Positions 30,187 through 39,163 of a stretch of 64,000 bases of DNA are shown here, piece after piece. The stretch lies in NCBI GenBank assembly GCA_963833245.1, contig CAWHXH010000006.1, forward strand, positions 183,693-247,692, in the 5' to 3' direction. Made by a program: the position numbers and the translations under genes. This DNA is from Pirellulaceae bacterium. GTDB taxonomy: Bacteria > Planctomycetota > Planctomycetia > Pirellulales > Pirellulaceae. Under the pieces are notes generated by a model, which was not told where the DNA came from, ran no database searches, and saw only the letters and a list, made by a program, of their open reading frames with translations. The stretch's first letter is position 1, and each line of letters opens with the position of its first letter.

Positions 30187-30927
30187 ATGCAACCCGACCC
30201 GTCGTTTCTGGACGTTTGTTTTGCCGGACCGATGTGGCCCGCCAGCCTGCTGCTGCTGATGCTCGCCGGCTACCTCGTGATCGCGCTGCTGGGGATGGTC
30301 GACATCGGCCAAACGCTTGGGGCGGACGTCGATTTGGACGTGGACGCGGACGTCGATTTGGACCCGGGACTGGACGTCGATCCGGGACTCGACGGCGGGA
30401 TCGACGGCGGCGTCGACGGTGATTTGGGTGGGGATGCCGGCCATCACGCCGACTTCCTGGGCGGGGCCGGGGGGATGACGATCCGTTGGCTCAACCTCGA
30501 CGGCGTCCCGCTGATGATTTGGGGCGCGACGTTCACCGTCATCCTTTGGATCACCAGCTTCACGTTGTGGACCGGTTACGACTCGCAAACCGCCGAACTG
30601 ACCACCGTGTTGTTGCTGATCGCACGCAACGCGGTTTTAGCGATCGTAGCGACCAAGTTCCTGACAAACCCCCTAAATCAACTACTTGCCCCAGGCCCGT
30701 CCTACGAGGCGACTAAGATTTTGGGGCAAACCGCGGCGATCGACACCTCGACCGCGGACGCCAGATTCGGACGCGTCAAGTTCATTACCGATGGTTCCCC
30801 TCTGTTGCTGGACGTCCGTACCCAAGGCGTGACGCTGGCCAAGGGCACGGTCGTCGAATTGATTGCCTACGATCCGAAAAAACATATCTACACCGTTCGG
30901 CCGATTGCGCCGATTGCCGCGCCCTGA
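30187..30927 (+). CDS. YqiJ/NfeD-like membrane protein (acidic D/G-rich loop, C-terminal OB-fold)
   Basis: N-terminal TM helices, the D/G repeat GADVDLDVDADVDLDPGLDVDPGLDGGIDGGVDGD, and a C-terminal NfeD-like beta region (RFGRVKFITDGSPLLLDVRTQGVTLAKGTVVELIAY). Lies immediately upstream of a flotillin gene, as in E. coli yqiJK. Confidence 0.55.
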   Translation: MQPDPSFLDVCFAGPMWPASLLLLMLAGYLVIALLGMVDIGQTLGADVDLDVDADVDLDPGLDVDPGLDGGIDGGVDGDLGGDAGHHADFLGGAGGMTIRWLNLDGVPLMIWGATFTVILWITSFTLWTGYDSQTAELTTVLLLIARNAVLAIVATKFLTNPLNQLLAPGPSYEATKILGQTAAIDTSTADARFGRVKFITDGSPLLLDVRTQGVTLAKGTVVELIAYDPKKHIYTVRPIAPIAAP

Positions 30928-30991
30928 TCGGTCGCCGTTGCCGCCCGATCCCCCACCAACCTTTCCACCTCCCGCTTCGCTGAGTCTCATC

Positions 30992-33010
30992 ATGACTGGA
31001 AATCCCGCCGCTGACGTGGCCATCGTGATTGCCGTGGGGTTGCTGATCCTCGGCATCACCATCGCGACCGTCTTTAAAAGTCTGTTCATCAAGGTCGGCC
31101 CTGATAAAGCGATCGTGCGGTCCGGTCAGGGCGGACTGCGGGTTGCCTCCGGCGATGGGATGTTTGTCATCCCGATGGTCCACCGCTATGAGTTCATGGA
31201 CCTGACGCTCAAGAGTTTTGAAATCCATCGCCAGGGCAGCGAGGGTTTGATTTGCGCCGACAACATTCGCGCCGATATCAAGACCGCGTTCTTCATACGC
31301 GTTGACAAATCGCCGGAGAAGATGAAGGAGGTCGCCCAATCGATCGGCGCCGAACGCTGCAGCCAGATTGACACGCTGCGTGAATTATTTGATGCCAAAT
31401 TTAGCGAGGCGCTCAAAACCGTCGGCAAGCAATTTCAGTTCGTCGAACTTTATACCCAGCGGGAGAAGTTCAAGGAGGAAATCCTGAAGGTCATCGGCAC
31501 CGATTTGAACGGTTACAGCCTCGATGACGCGGCGATCGACTATTTGGAACAAACGCCGATCGAGAAACTTTCGCCGACCAATATCTTGGACGCCGAGGGG
31601 ATCAAGAAGATCACCGAGTTGACGTCGGCCGAGAAGATCAAAGAGAACCAATTTACTCGGGACAAAGAAAAGACACTCAAAAAGCAGGACGTCGAGGCCG
31701 AGGAAGCGATCCTGGCGCTGGAACGTCAGCGGGTCGAAGCGGTCGAGAAACAACACCGAGAAATTGCCGAGATCACCTCCCGCGAAGAGGCTTCGGCGGC
31801 CAAGGTTCGCGAGGAACAACGGCTCGAATCCGAACGCGCCCGGATCATCACCGAGGAGGAAATCGGCGTCGCCGAGCAAAACCGCGATCGCCAAATTTTG
31901 GTCGCCCAACGCAACAAAGAAAAAACTGACGCCGTCGAAACCGAACGGGTCGAGCGTGACCGGGCACTCGAAGCGACCGAGCGGGAACGGTTGGTCGGCA
32001 TTGCCCAGGTTGAAAAAGAGAAAGCGATTGAGACCCAAAATCGCGACATTCAAGAAGTGATCCGCGAGCGGGTGGTCGTCGAGCGGGCCGTCGTCGAAGA
32101 GAAGGAACGGATCAAGGATACGCAGGAGGTTGCCGCCGCCGAGCGGGCCAAGACCGTCCAGGTGACCGCCGCGACGATGAAGGCGGAGGAGGAGATGATC
32201 CGTCAGGTCAAAGCCGCCCAGGCCGCCAAGGAATCATCGTCGCTATTGGCCGACAAGCTGCGCATCGAAGCGGACGCGAAACGCGACGCGGCGGAGAAAC
32301 AAAGCGAGGCGACCAAGCTGCTCGCCGAGGGCGAAACGGCGACCGCCGCGGCGGCCGGGTTGGCCCAGGCTCAAGTTCAACTGGCCCGAGCCGAATCGTT
32401 GCAAAAAGAGGGCATGGCCGAGGCCGCGGTGTCACGCGAAAAGTATAGCGCCGAAGCGATGGGCATCACCGAAAAAGCCGAAGCGATGAAGAAGCTCGAT
32501 GGGGTCGGCAAAGAGCATGAGGAGTTCAAACTCAATCTGCAAAAAGCCCAAGCGGTCGAGATCGCCGCGATCGAAGCTCAGCGCGGCATCGCCGAGTCGC
32601 AAGCGTTCGTCGTGGGCGAAGGTTTGAAAGCCGCACGGATTGATATCGTCGGAGGTGACGGTGCGTTCTTTGACCAAATCACCAGTGCGGTCAAGGGCGG
32701 CAAGGCGATCGACCGGATGGTTTATAATTCACAGGTCGCCACCGACATCAAAAACACATTCTTTGATGGCAACGCCGAATACTTCCGCGACCAGGTGCAG
32801 GAATTGATTGGTCACTTCGGGATGGATTCCGACAACATCAAGGACTTATCGATTGCGGCTTTGATTGCCAAGATGATGGGGATGGATTCGGCCGATGGGA
32901 TGCGGACTCAATTGGCCAATCTACTGACGATGGCATCGACCGCCGGGGTGACCGAGCAGAAGACCGGCCGGTTGCTCCAAGCCAAACCGGCCGTCAACGG
33001 TCGGGTTTGA
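30992..33010 (+). CDS. flotillin-family SPFH/band-7 protein (YqiK/FloT-like) with long coiled-coil
   Basis: N-terminal TM followed by the SPFH core (VRSGQGGLRVASGDGMFVIPMVHRYEFMDLTLKSFEI...), then more than 400 aa of E/A/K/R-rich heptad sequence. ATG at 30992 preferred. Confidence 0.75.
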   Translation: MTGNPAADVAIVIAVGLLILGITIATVFKSLFIKVGPDKAIVRSGQGGLRVASGDGMFVIPMVHRYEFMDLTLKSFEIHRQGSEGLICADNIRADIKTAFFIRVDKSPEKMKEVAQSIGAERCSQIDTLRELFDAKFSEALKTVGKQFQFVELYTQREKFKEEILKVIGTDLNGYSLDDAAIDYLEQTPIEKLSPTNILDAEGIKKITELTSAEKIKENQFTRDKEKTLKKQDVEAEEAILALERQRVEAVEKQHREIAEITSREEASAAKVREEQRLESERARIITEEEIGVAEQNRDRQILVAQRNKEKTDAVETERVERDRALEATERERLVGIAQVEKEKAIETQNRDIQEVIRERVVVERAVVEEKERIKDTQEVAAAERAKTVQVTAATMKAEEEMIRQVKAAQAAKESSSLLADKLRIEADAKRDAAEKQSEATKLLAEGETATAAAAGLAQAQVQLARAESLQKEGMAEAAVSREKYSAEAMGITEKAEAMKKLDGVGKEHEEFKLNLQKAQAVEIAAIEAQRGIAESQAFVVGEGLKAARIDIVGGDGAFFDQITSAVKGGKAIDRMVYNSQVATDIKNTFFDGNAEYFRDQVQELIGHFGMDSDNIKDLSIAALIAKMMGMDSADGMRTQLANLLTMASTAGVTEQKTGRLLQAKPAVNGRV

Positions 33011-33029
33011 TTCCACACACTCCCGCCTC

Positions 33030-33300
33030 ACCTCGCTTCGGGCAGGCGGTTAGGCCCCAAATCTTTCTCCCCCTCGCCCCGCTTGCCGGGAGAGGGGGTC
33101 GGCCCTTTTTTCTTACTCCCCCTCGCCCCGCTTCGGGGAGAGGGGGCGGCCCCCAAATCTTTCTCCCCCTCGCCCCGCTTCGGGGAGAGGGGGTCGGGGG
33201 GTGAGGGGTTTTGCAGGCGTCGGCCCCCCACACAATACTTACCGCACATCCCCTCACCCCCCAGCCCCCTCTCCCCTAAGAGGGGCGAGGGGGAGCCAAT
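33030..33300. repeat. GC-rich hairpin repeat cluster, family D (CCCCCTCGCCCCGCTTCGGGGAGAGGGGG x3 plus one related copy)
   Basis: Three tandem copies, each an imperfect 12-bp-stem hairpin with a GCTT(C) loop, followed by a fourth variant that matches the element at 7370..7428. Confidence 0.75.
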
Positions 33301-33451
33301 TTGTATGATCCGCTTCCCACCACCCCGGTAGCCGAAGCCGCCAAGGCTTTGGTTGGGCGTCGTTGGCCGGCCTGCCGCCCGCGCCGCTACGGTTTGAGGT
33401 TTTCCGGTCATTCGCGCAGCCATCGCCGCACGCATCAACGAGACGCTTCCC

Positions 33452-36400
33452 ATGAGTGAAACCCAACTGACCGGCGGCACCTATGAGGTTCTCCGCGCAC
33501 GGCTGACCAAAGCCGCCGACGACCTGCGCGGCCGGTTGAAGCAACTCTCGGTCGATCGGGCTGAGGTTTTCGGCAACATCGAAACCAAACTGATCGCCAC
33601 CCATCGCGTGACGACCGAGCATCACTGCGTCCCGCGTGACCTAACGGCCATCGGTGACCAATTCCTCTTTGGATACAACGTCCAGTTCGGCCTCAAAACC
33701 GACATTCATGTTCCCGACGTGCTGTCGGCTTATAAGCTCGCCGATGATGGATTCCATCGTCAATCACTCGACCTGATCGATGACCATCGGTTTCAAAAAG
33801 ACTTTGGCGAACTCTACAAGTTCTACAAAGACACTCGCTTTAGCCGCTTCCACGTCGACGGCCCGCACCTGCACATGGTGTTTCAAGTCGGGCGAACCGC
33901 CACGGATGTCAAATCGTTCAAATGGCGAATCGATGACCACCGGTTGACTTATGTTGACAACCGTTCCGATCACGAAATTCGGTTGCCGCCCCAACACGCG
34001 TTTCGCTGGACCCGAACGACCCGTGACATGCACCGTTACGGCGACCATCCGCACGTATCGATTGACGACGTCGTGTTTGTCGAAACCGTCGGCGGTGATT
34101 TGACCATCAAGGTCGAGGACAACACCGGCGACGGACGGGGAATCTATGCCGAACCGGTCGACGAAAAAGACCAAACGCTCGACGATGCCGAGATTCACTA
34201 TGCGGTGCTCGGCAATCTGGTGTTGCTCAAGATTAAACCGTACCGCGAGGATAAGACGCGGCACTTTGTGTTCAATTCAAAGCTCGCCCAAGCCGTCCGG
34301 GTCGATGAGATCGCCGACGCGTGCGTGATGCTGCCGGGCGACCAGGGCGTGATATTTCCCGGCGGATATTATTTGCAAACCGGGGAGTTCAAACGGTTTG
34401 ATGTCGTCGCCGGGAAAATGAAATACAACCGGATGATCGCTTCGCCCAACGGCGAAGACTATTTGTACCTGTTTTCCGACCCCGCCGGCGGGGTCACCAT
34501 TCATCTGCGCTACAACCAGATTCGCCAGTCCGTCGACACGCCGTTAATCGCTGCCGGCCAAGCGGTTTTTCCGGGCGGTGAAATGGTGTGTTTCAAACCT
34601 CAAGACGAACCCGCCCGGCACCACGCATTGCAGCTTTGGCAAACGCCGTTCACCTCCGAGGAATTTCAAACCGTCACCACGTCCGACTCGATGTTGCAAA
34701 AGATCGGCAACAAGGAGATCGTCGCCGGAATGGCTGAATGTGCCGAATTGTTGCAACTGGTTGACAAGGAGGACAACTATGAGGGGCTGTATGTCGATCT
34801 GGTCAAAAAGGCCAACGACATTCTGGACGTTTATCACTGGATCGACCATCCTGAAGCGGGCAAGCTTGCCGAGCCGCTCGGGGCGATTCGCGAAGCGTCC
34901 ACCGCGGCGGTCGAGGAGTTTGAAAAAGTTGTCCGCGACCGCCAGCAGACCGCGAAGCGAACCGCGGAGGTATCCCAAGCGATCGAACAATCGCGAGCCG
35001 ACATCGGCCGCAGCCGGTTTAAATCGATCGATGAATTCGTCACAGCGTTGTCGCAACTCCGGTCGCTGCGCGGCCAGGCGATCGCACTGGGAGACTTGAA
35101 GTATGTCGACGCGGGCACCGTGCAAACGCTGGAGGCGTCGGTGGTGCAGTCGACCGACCAATTGTCGTCCCGCGCGGTCGAATTCCTGGCCGGCGACGCG
35201 GCGCTGAAACCTTATGAAGATCGCGTCGCCGAAATCGCCGGGCAGACCGGCCAAATCGAGAATGTCGTTGCCGCCCGAGCGTTGCAGAAACGCATCGATG
35301 GGGTCTCCTCGGATCTGGAGCTGCTCACCGACACGGTCAGCAACCTAAAGATTGACGATGCGACCCGGCGGACAACCATCATCGACGCGATTGGCGAAAC
35401 GTTGGCCTCGGTCAACCGGGTGCGTGCCGGACTAAGGAATCGCACCAAGGAATTGATTGGGATCGAAGGTCGCGCCGAGTTCGCTTCTCAATTGAAGCTG
35501 CTCGAACAGACGACCGCCGGCTATTTGGAAGTCGCCGATACCCCGGCGGGGTGCGATTCCTACATGACCAAGGTCATGGTGGCGATCGAAGAACTCGAAG
35601 GCCGCTTTGCGGAGTTCGATGAGTTCGTCGAAACGTTGACCCGCCGGCGCGAAGCCGTCTACTCGGCGTTTGAATCACAAAAAGTGGCTTTGGTCGAGGC
35701 GAGAAATCGTCGAGCCGAAACGCTTGGGTCTTCGGCTTCGAGGATCCTCTCGTCGATCGCTTCTCGCGTCGATGCGATGGACCAAACCGACCAGATCGCC
35801 GCCTATTTTGCCGGCGATCTGATGGTCGGTAAAATTCGCGACATCATCTTACAATTGGAAGACTTGCAGGACTCCGTTCGGGCCGGCGACCTGCAGGGAC
35901 GGCTCAAGACGATCCGTGAGGATGCGGTCCGTGGACTCAAAGACCGGCAGGACTTGTATGAGGACGGCGGGGCGATCATCAAGTTGGGTCAACATCGTTT
36001 TGCCGTCAATACGCAGCCGGTCGACCTGACCACCGTCGTTCGTGACGATCAATTATGTTTGCACCTGACCGCGACCCAGTACTTTGAAGCCATCGACGAC
36101 CCCGCAATCTTGGACGCCAAAGCGTATTGGAATCGGCATCTGATCAGTGAGTCGGAGGATTTGTATCGGGCTGAATTTTTGGCAGTGGAATTGATCGCAA
36201 TGTCCCGCAGCGGAAGTCGCCAAGACTTTCGGATGCAATCAGATCAGGAAGAAGCCGAAAGTCCTGGCGACTTCCGCTACGATACGAAAGCGATCTCCCA
36301 AATCATCGGGCAACGTTTGGGTGAAGGTTACACCCGCGGCGTTCACGACCATGACGCGGCGATCATACACGCCCAATTGATCGATTGGCATCAAAATCTG

Positions 36401-38632
36401 GGTTTGCTCCGGCACGCACCGCCCACCCGAGCGGCGGCTTGGTTTTGGTGGACATCGCTCGCCGATGCCCCCGTCGTCGATCGCCTGGGTCAATGGGTGG
36501 CGGGTTTTGCCGAAATTCGTAAGGCGTTTCCCGATGCAAAGGTTGATCCGGCATTGACCCGGAGTTTTGTATTGGCCATCGAGTCGGATCAGGATCAATT
36601 GGCGGCGGTTTATGATGAACTGCGTCCGGCGGACATGACCGATTATTTGATCGATCAATTGCTGCATCAGCCCGGGCAATTTGCGTTCAGTCCCGCCGCC
36701 ACCGAGTCGCTGGCGAAGCTCCAAAAGATCAAGACGGTCAAGGCTCGGCGGCGGATTCGTGACGCGATTGATCGCAACGGCGACGATCCCGTCATCGCCA
36801 TGTTGCTGGCCCGAGACTGGGTCGTGTCGGGGCTGGACGGTGCCGATGCCGGAGATTGGGTCGACGAGTGTGCCCTGGGTGTGATGCTGCGTTTGGCAGA
36901 TGTAGCGGAAGTCGCCAAGACTTTCGGCGGCGAAACTGAAGAAGATAAACCGAAAGTCTTGGCGACTTCCGCTACGGTCACGCTGACTGGACTCTTGGGT
37001 GACCATCCGCGAATCGTCGACGGTCAATTAATGTTGAATTATCACGATCTGCAGCGACGTTATCGCAACCACCGCGAGACGGTGATGCCAAAATTAAAAC
37101 GTTTGGCGGATACCAAAGCGGCGGTCATCGACCGAGCACGCGACGACATGCGGATCGAAGAGTTCAAACCGCGTGTGCTTAGCTCCTTCGTTCGCAACCG
37201 GTTGATCGATGAGGTTTACCTGCCGCTGATCGGAGACAACCTGTCTAAACAAATGGGCACCGCCGGGGCGGACAAACGCACCGATCGGATGGGGTTGTTG
37301 CTGCTGATCTCACCGCCGGGGTATGGCAAGACAACGTTGATGGAATACGTCGCCAACCGGTTGGGTTTGGTGTTCATGAAGATCAACGGTCCGGCGATCG
37401 GCCATGGCGTGACGTCGCTTGACCCGGATGAAGCTCCCAACGCCGCGGCCCGCGAGGAGGTGATGCGAATCAACCTGGCGCTTGAGATGGGTGACAACGT
37501 CATGTTGTATTTGGACGACATTCAACACACCCACCCCGAGCTGTTGCAGAAATTCATTTCGCTATGCGATGCCACGCGGCGAATCGAGGGTGTGCGCGGC
37601 GGCAAAACGCGAACTTATGATCTTCGCGGACGCCGGGTCGCGGTCGTCATGGCCGGCAACCCGTACACCGAGTCAGGCGAACGGTTCCAAATCCCCGACA
37701 TGCTTTCCAACCGCGCCGACGTCTACAACCTTGGCGAAGTGGTCGGCGATGCGGCCGAAGCGTTCGAGATGTCCTACCTGGAAAATTGTTTGACCAGCAA
37801 TCCGGCGCTCCAGCCTCTCGCCGGCGGTTCGCCCGAGGACGCCCGGACGCTGATTCGGGCGGCCGGCCGGGGGAGCATGGAGGGGATGGAAATGCGGGGA
37901 AACTTTTCCCCCGGACAAACACGCGAGATGTTTGAGGTGCTGCGTCGACTGGTCCGCGTCCGCGACGTGGTTTTGAAAGTCAATCGTGCCTACATCGCCT
38001 CGGCCGGCCAGTCGGTGGAATCGCGAACCGAACCGCCGTTCAAGTTGCAGGGCAGCTACCGCAACATGAACCGGATCGCCGGCAAGGTCGCCGCGGTGAT
38101 GAACGACGCCGAGGTGCAATCATTGATCGTCGACGCCTATCAGCAGGACGCCCAAACGCTGACCACCGCGGGGGAGGCCAACGTGCTGAAGTTCAAGGAG
38201 ATCATGGGCATTTTGACGGCCGACGACACCAAGCGGTTGCAGGCGATTCATTACGCGTTCGTCGAGCGAAACCGGATGTCGGGGTTGGCCGGCGATGACG
38301 CGACCGTCCAAGTGATGAGCCAATTGGCGGCGATGCGGGATGGTTTGGAGTCGATCCGCGCGGTCATTGCCCTGGCGGCCGAGCAGTCGGCCACCGGGGT
38401 GCCGCCGGAGCAGCGGGTGACGGTTCAGCACGCGGTGCCGCGGGTGATCGCCGATCTGTTACGCGGCCAATTCCATTTGATGCAGGAATGGATGCGTCCG
38501 GTGCTCGAAGGATCGATCGAGAGTTCGCGTGATTTGCATCGGCTGCAGGCTCAATTGACCGAGATGATGCAGCAGTACCGTGAGGTCGACGAGTCGCTGC
38601 GGGGGCCGGACCCGACCAACGTGGTCCGATGA
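33452..38632 (+). CDS. very large (1,726 aa) multidomain protein with C-terminal AAA_5/MoxR-like ATPase domain
   Basis: Walker A ISPPGYGKTTLMEYVANRLG; Walker B VMLYLDDIQ; VAVVMAGNPYTESGERFQIPDMLSNRADVYNL, which is typical of the dynein-related AAA_5 subfamily. The long N-terminal beta-rich and helical regions have no recognised family. One continuous frame that reads through two REP elements. Confidence 0.6.
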   Translation: MSETQLTGGTYEVLRARLTKAADDLRGRLKQLSVDRAEVFGNIETKLIATHRVTTEHHCVPRDLTAIGDQFLFGYNVQFGLKTDIHVPDVLSAYKLADDGFHRQSLDLIDDHRFQKDFGELYKFYKDTRFSRFHVDGPHLHMVFQVGRTATDVKSFKWRIDDHRLTYVDNRSDHEIRLPPQHAFRWTRTTRDMHRYGDHPHVSIDDVVFVETVGGDLTIKVEDNTGDGRGIYAEPVDEKDQTLDDAEIHYAVLGNLVLLKIKPYREDKTRHFVFNSKLAQAVRVDEIADACVMLPGDQGVIFPGGYYLQTGEFKRFDVVAGKMKYNRMIASPNGEDYLYLFSDPAGGVTIHLRYNQIRQSVDTPLIAAGQAVFPGGEMVCFKPQDEPARHHALQLWQTPFTSEEFQTVTTSDSMLQKIGNKEIVAGMAECAELLQLVDKEDNYEGLYVDLVKKANDILDVYHWIDHPEAGKLAEPLGAIREASTAAVEEFEKVVRDRQQTAKRTAEVSQAIEQSRADIGRSRFKSIDEFVTALSQLRSLRGQAIALGDLKYVDAGTVQTLEASVVQSTDQLSSRAVEFLAGDAALKPYEDRVAEIAGQTGQIENVVAARALQKRIDGVSSDLELLTDTVSNLKIDDATRRTTIIDAIGETLASVNRVRAGLRNRTKELIGIEGRAEFASQLKLLEQTTAGYLEVADTPAGCDSYMTKVMVAIEELEGRFAEFDEFVETLTRRREAVYSAFESQKVALVEARNRRAETLGSSASRILSSIASRVDAMDQTDQIAAYFAGDLMVGKIRDIILQLEDLQDSVRAGDLQGRLKTIREDAVRGLKDRQDLYEDGGAIIKLGQHRFAVNTQPVDLTTVVRDDQLCLHLTATQYFEAIDDPAILDAKAYWNRHLISESEDLYRAEFLAVELIAMSRSGSRQDFRMQSDQEEAESPGDFRYDTKAISQIIGQRLGEGYTRGVHDHDAAIIHAQLIDWHQNLGLLRHAPPTRAAAWFWWTSLADAPVVDRLGQWVAGFAEIRKAFPDAKVDPALTRSFVLAIESDQDQLAAVYDELRPADMTDYLIDQLLHQPGQFAFSPAATESLAKLQKIKTVKARRRIRDAIDRNGDDPVIAMLLARDWVVSGLDGADAGDWVDECALGVMLRLADVAEVAKTFGGETEEDKPKVLATSATVTLTGLLGDHPRIVDGQLMLNYHDLQRRYRNHRETVMPKLKRLADTKAAVIDRARDDMRIEEFKPRVLSSFVRNRLIDEVYLPLIGDNLSKQMGTAGADKRTDRMGLLLLISPPGYGKTTLMEYVANRLGLVFMKINGPAIGHGVTSLDPDEAPNAAAREEVMRINLALEMGDNVMLYLDDIQHTHPELLQKFISLCDATRRIEGVRGGKTRTYDLRGRRVAVVMAGNPYTESGERFQIPDMLSNRADVYNLGEVVGDAAEAFEMSYLENCLTSNPALQPLAGGSPEDARTLIRAAGRGSMEGMEMRGNFSPGQTREMFEVLRRLVRVRDVVLKVNRAYIASAGQSVESRTEPPFKLQGSYRNMNRIAGKVAAVMNDAEVQSLIVDAYQQDAQTLTTAGEANVLKFKEIMGILTADDTKRLQAIHYAFVERNRMSGLAGDDATVQVMSQLAAMRDGLESIRAVIALAAEQSATGVPPEQRVTVQHAVPRVIADLLRGQFHLMQEWMRPVLEGSIESSRDLHRLQAQLTEMMQQYREVDESLRGPDPTNVVR
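36207..36280. repeat. REP/BIME-like inverted pair, family A, inside the 1,726-aa ORF (read through in-frame)
   Basis: GCAGCGGAAGTCGCCAAGACTTTCGG...CCGAAAGTCCTGGCGACTTCCGCTAC; translated as ...SRSGSRQDFRMQSDQEEAESPGDFRY... Confidence 0.8.
36903..36975. repeat. REP/BIME-like inverted pair, family A, inside the 1,726-aa ORF (read through in-frame)
   Basis: GTAGCGGAAGTCGCCAAGACTTTCGG...CCGAAAGTCTTGGCGACTTCCGCTAC; translated as ...[27 protein letters not shown]... Confidence 0.8.
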
Positions 38633-39135
38633 CGCTTGGCCAACTCCCGGACGCCAGCAATAACGACTGCTGCAGCAACGACTCAAGCAATCATCACGTC
38701 AATGAACGGGCGATCTCGACTTCCGTGACCTTTCCCCGCCGCGCCAAATGCCTGGTCCCGGTCGCGGTCACTTGGGCGGTCGCCGCCGTCGTGACCACCG
38801 TGATTGCCGCCGGGTGGTTTGGCTGGTCCAACACTGCGGCGGTGATCGACGGGGATCGCTCGCTGCGGATCGCCGTCGCGGTGGGGTTGTTGACCGCCGC
38901 AACGCTGTGGCCCTGGGTGCGGTGGGGTCAAACGGCGTCGCGGACGACCTGGTTGCTGGGTGTCGGCAGCCTCTTTCGGGTCGCCGGGACCGTTGCGTTG
39001 TTCCTGGCCGCGGGCTATCAATGGACCACCTGGCTGGTCGCCGCCGCCTGGGTTTTGACGTGGTATGTCGCGATGTTGACCGCCGAAGTCGTTGCCCTGG
39101 GACGGTTCCTCCCCTCGTCGCACCGGCCGGGTTAG
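38629..39135 (+). CDS. AtpI/AtpZ-like small hydrophobic protein preceding atpB
   Basis: Four predicted TM helices, located directly upstream of atpB. Its ATG overlaps the TGA of the giant ATPase gene (ATGA). Confidence 0.45.
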   Translation: MTLGQLPDASNNDCCSNDSSNHHVNERAISTSVTFPRRAKCLVPVAVTWAVAAVVTTVIAAGWFGWSNTAAVIDGDRSLRIAVAVGLLTAATLWPWVRWGQTASRTTWLLGVGSLFRVAGTVALFLAAGYQWTTWLVAAAWVLTWYVAMLTAEVVALGRFLPSSHRPG

Positions 39136-39163
39136 CGAAACTCGTCAAGCATCCAACGACCCA

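Noticed and set aside
31385-32053. 222-aa minus-strand ORF inside the flotillin coiled-coil region
   Set aside because: Antisense of a heptad-repeat region (Leu/Phe/Asp-rich mirror); no independent support.
33028-33625. ORFs of 82-150 aa spanning the GC-rich hairpin cluster
   Set aside because: They consist of translated palindromic repeats (PLAPLRGEGAGG...); not coding.
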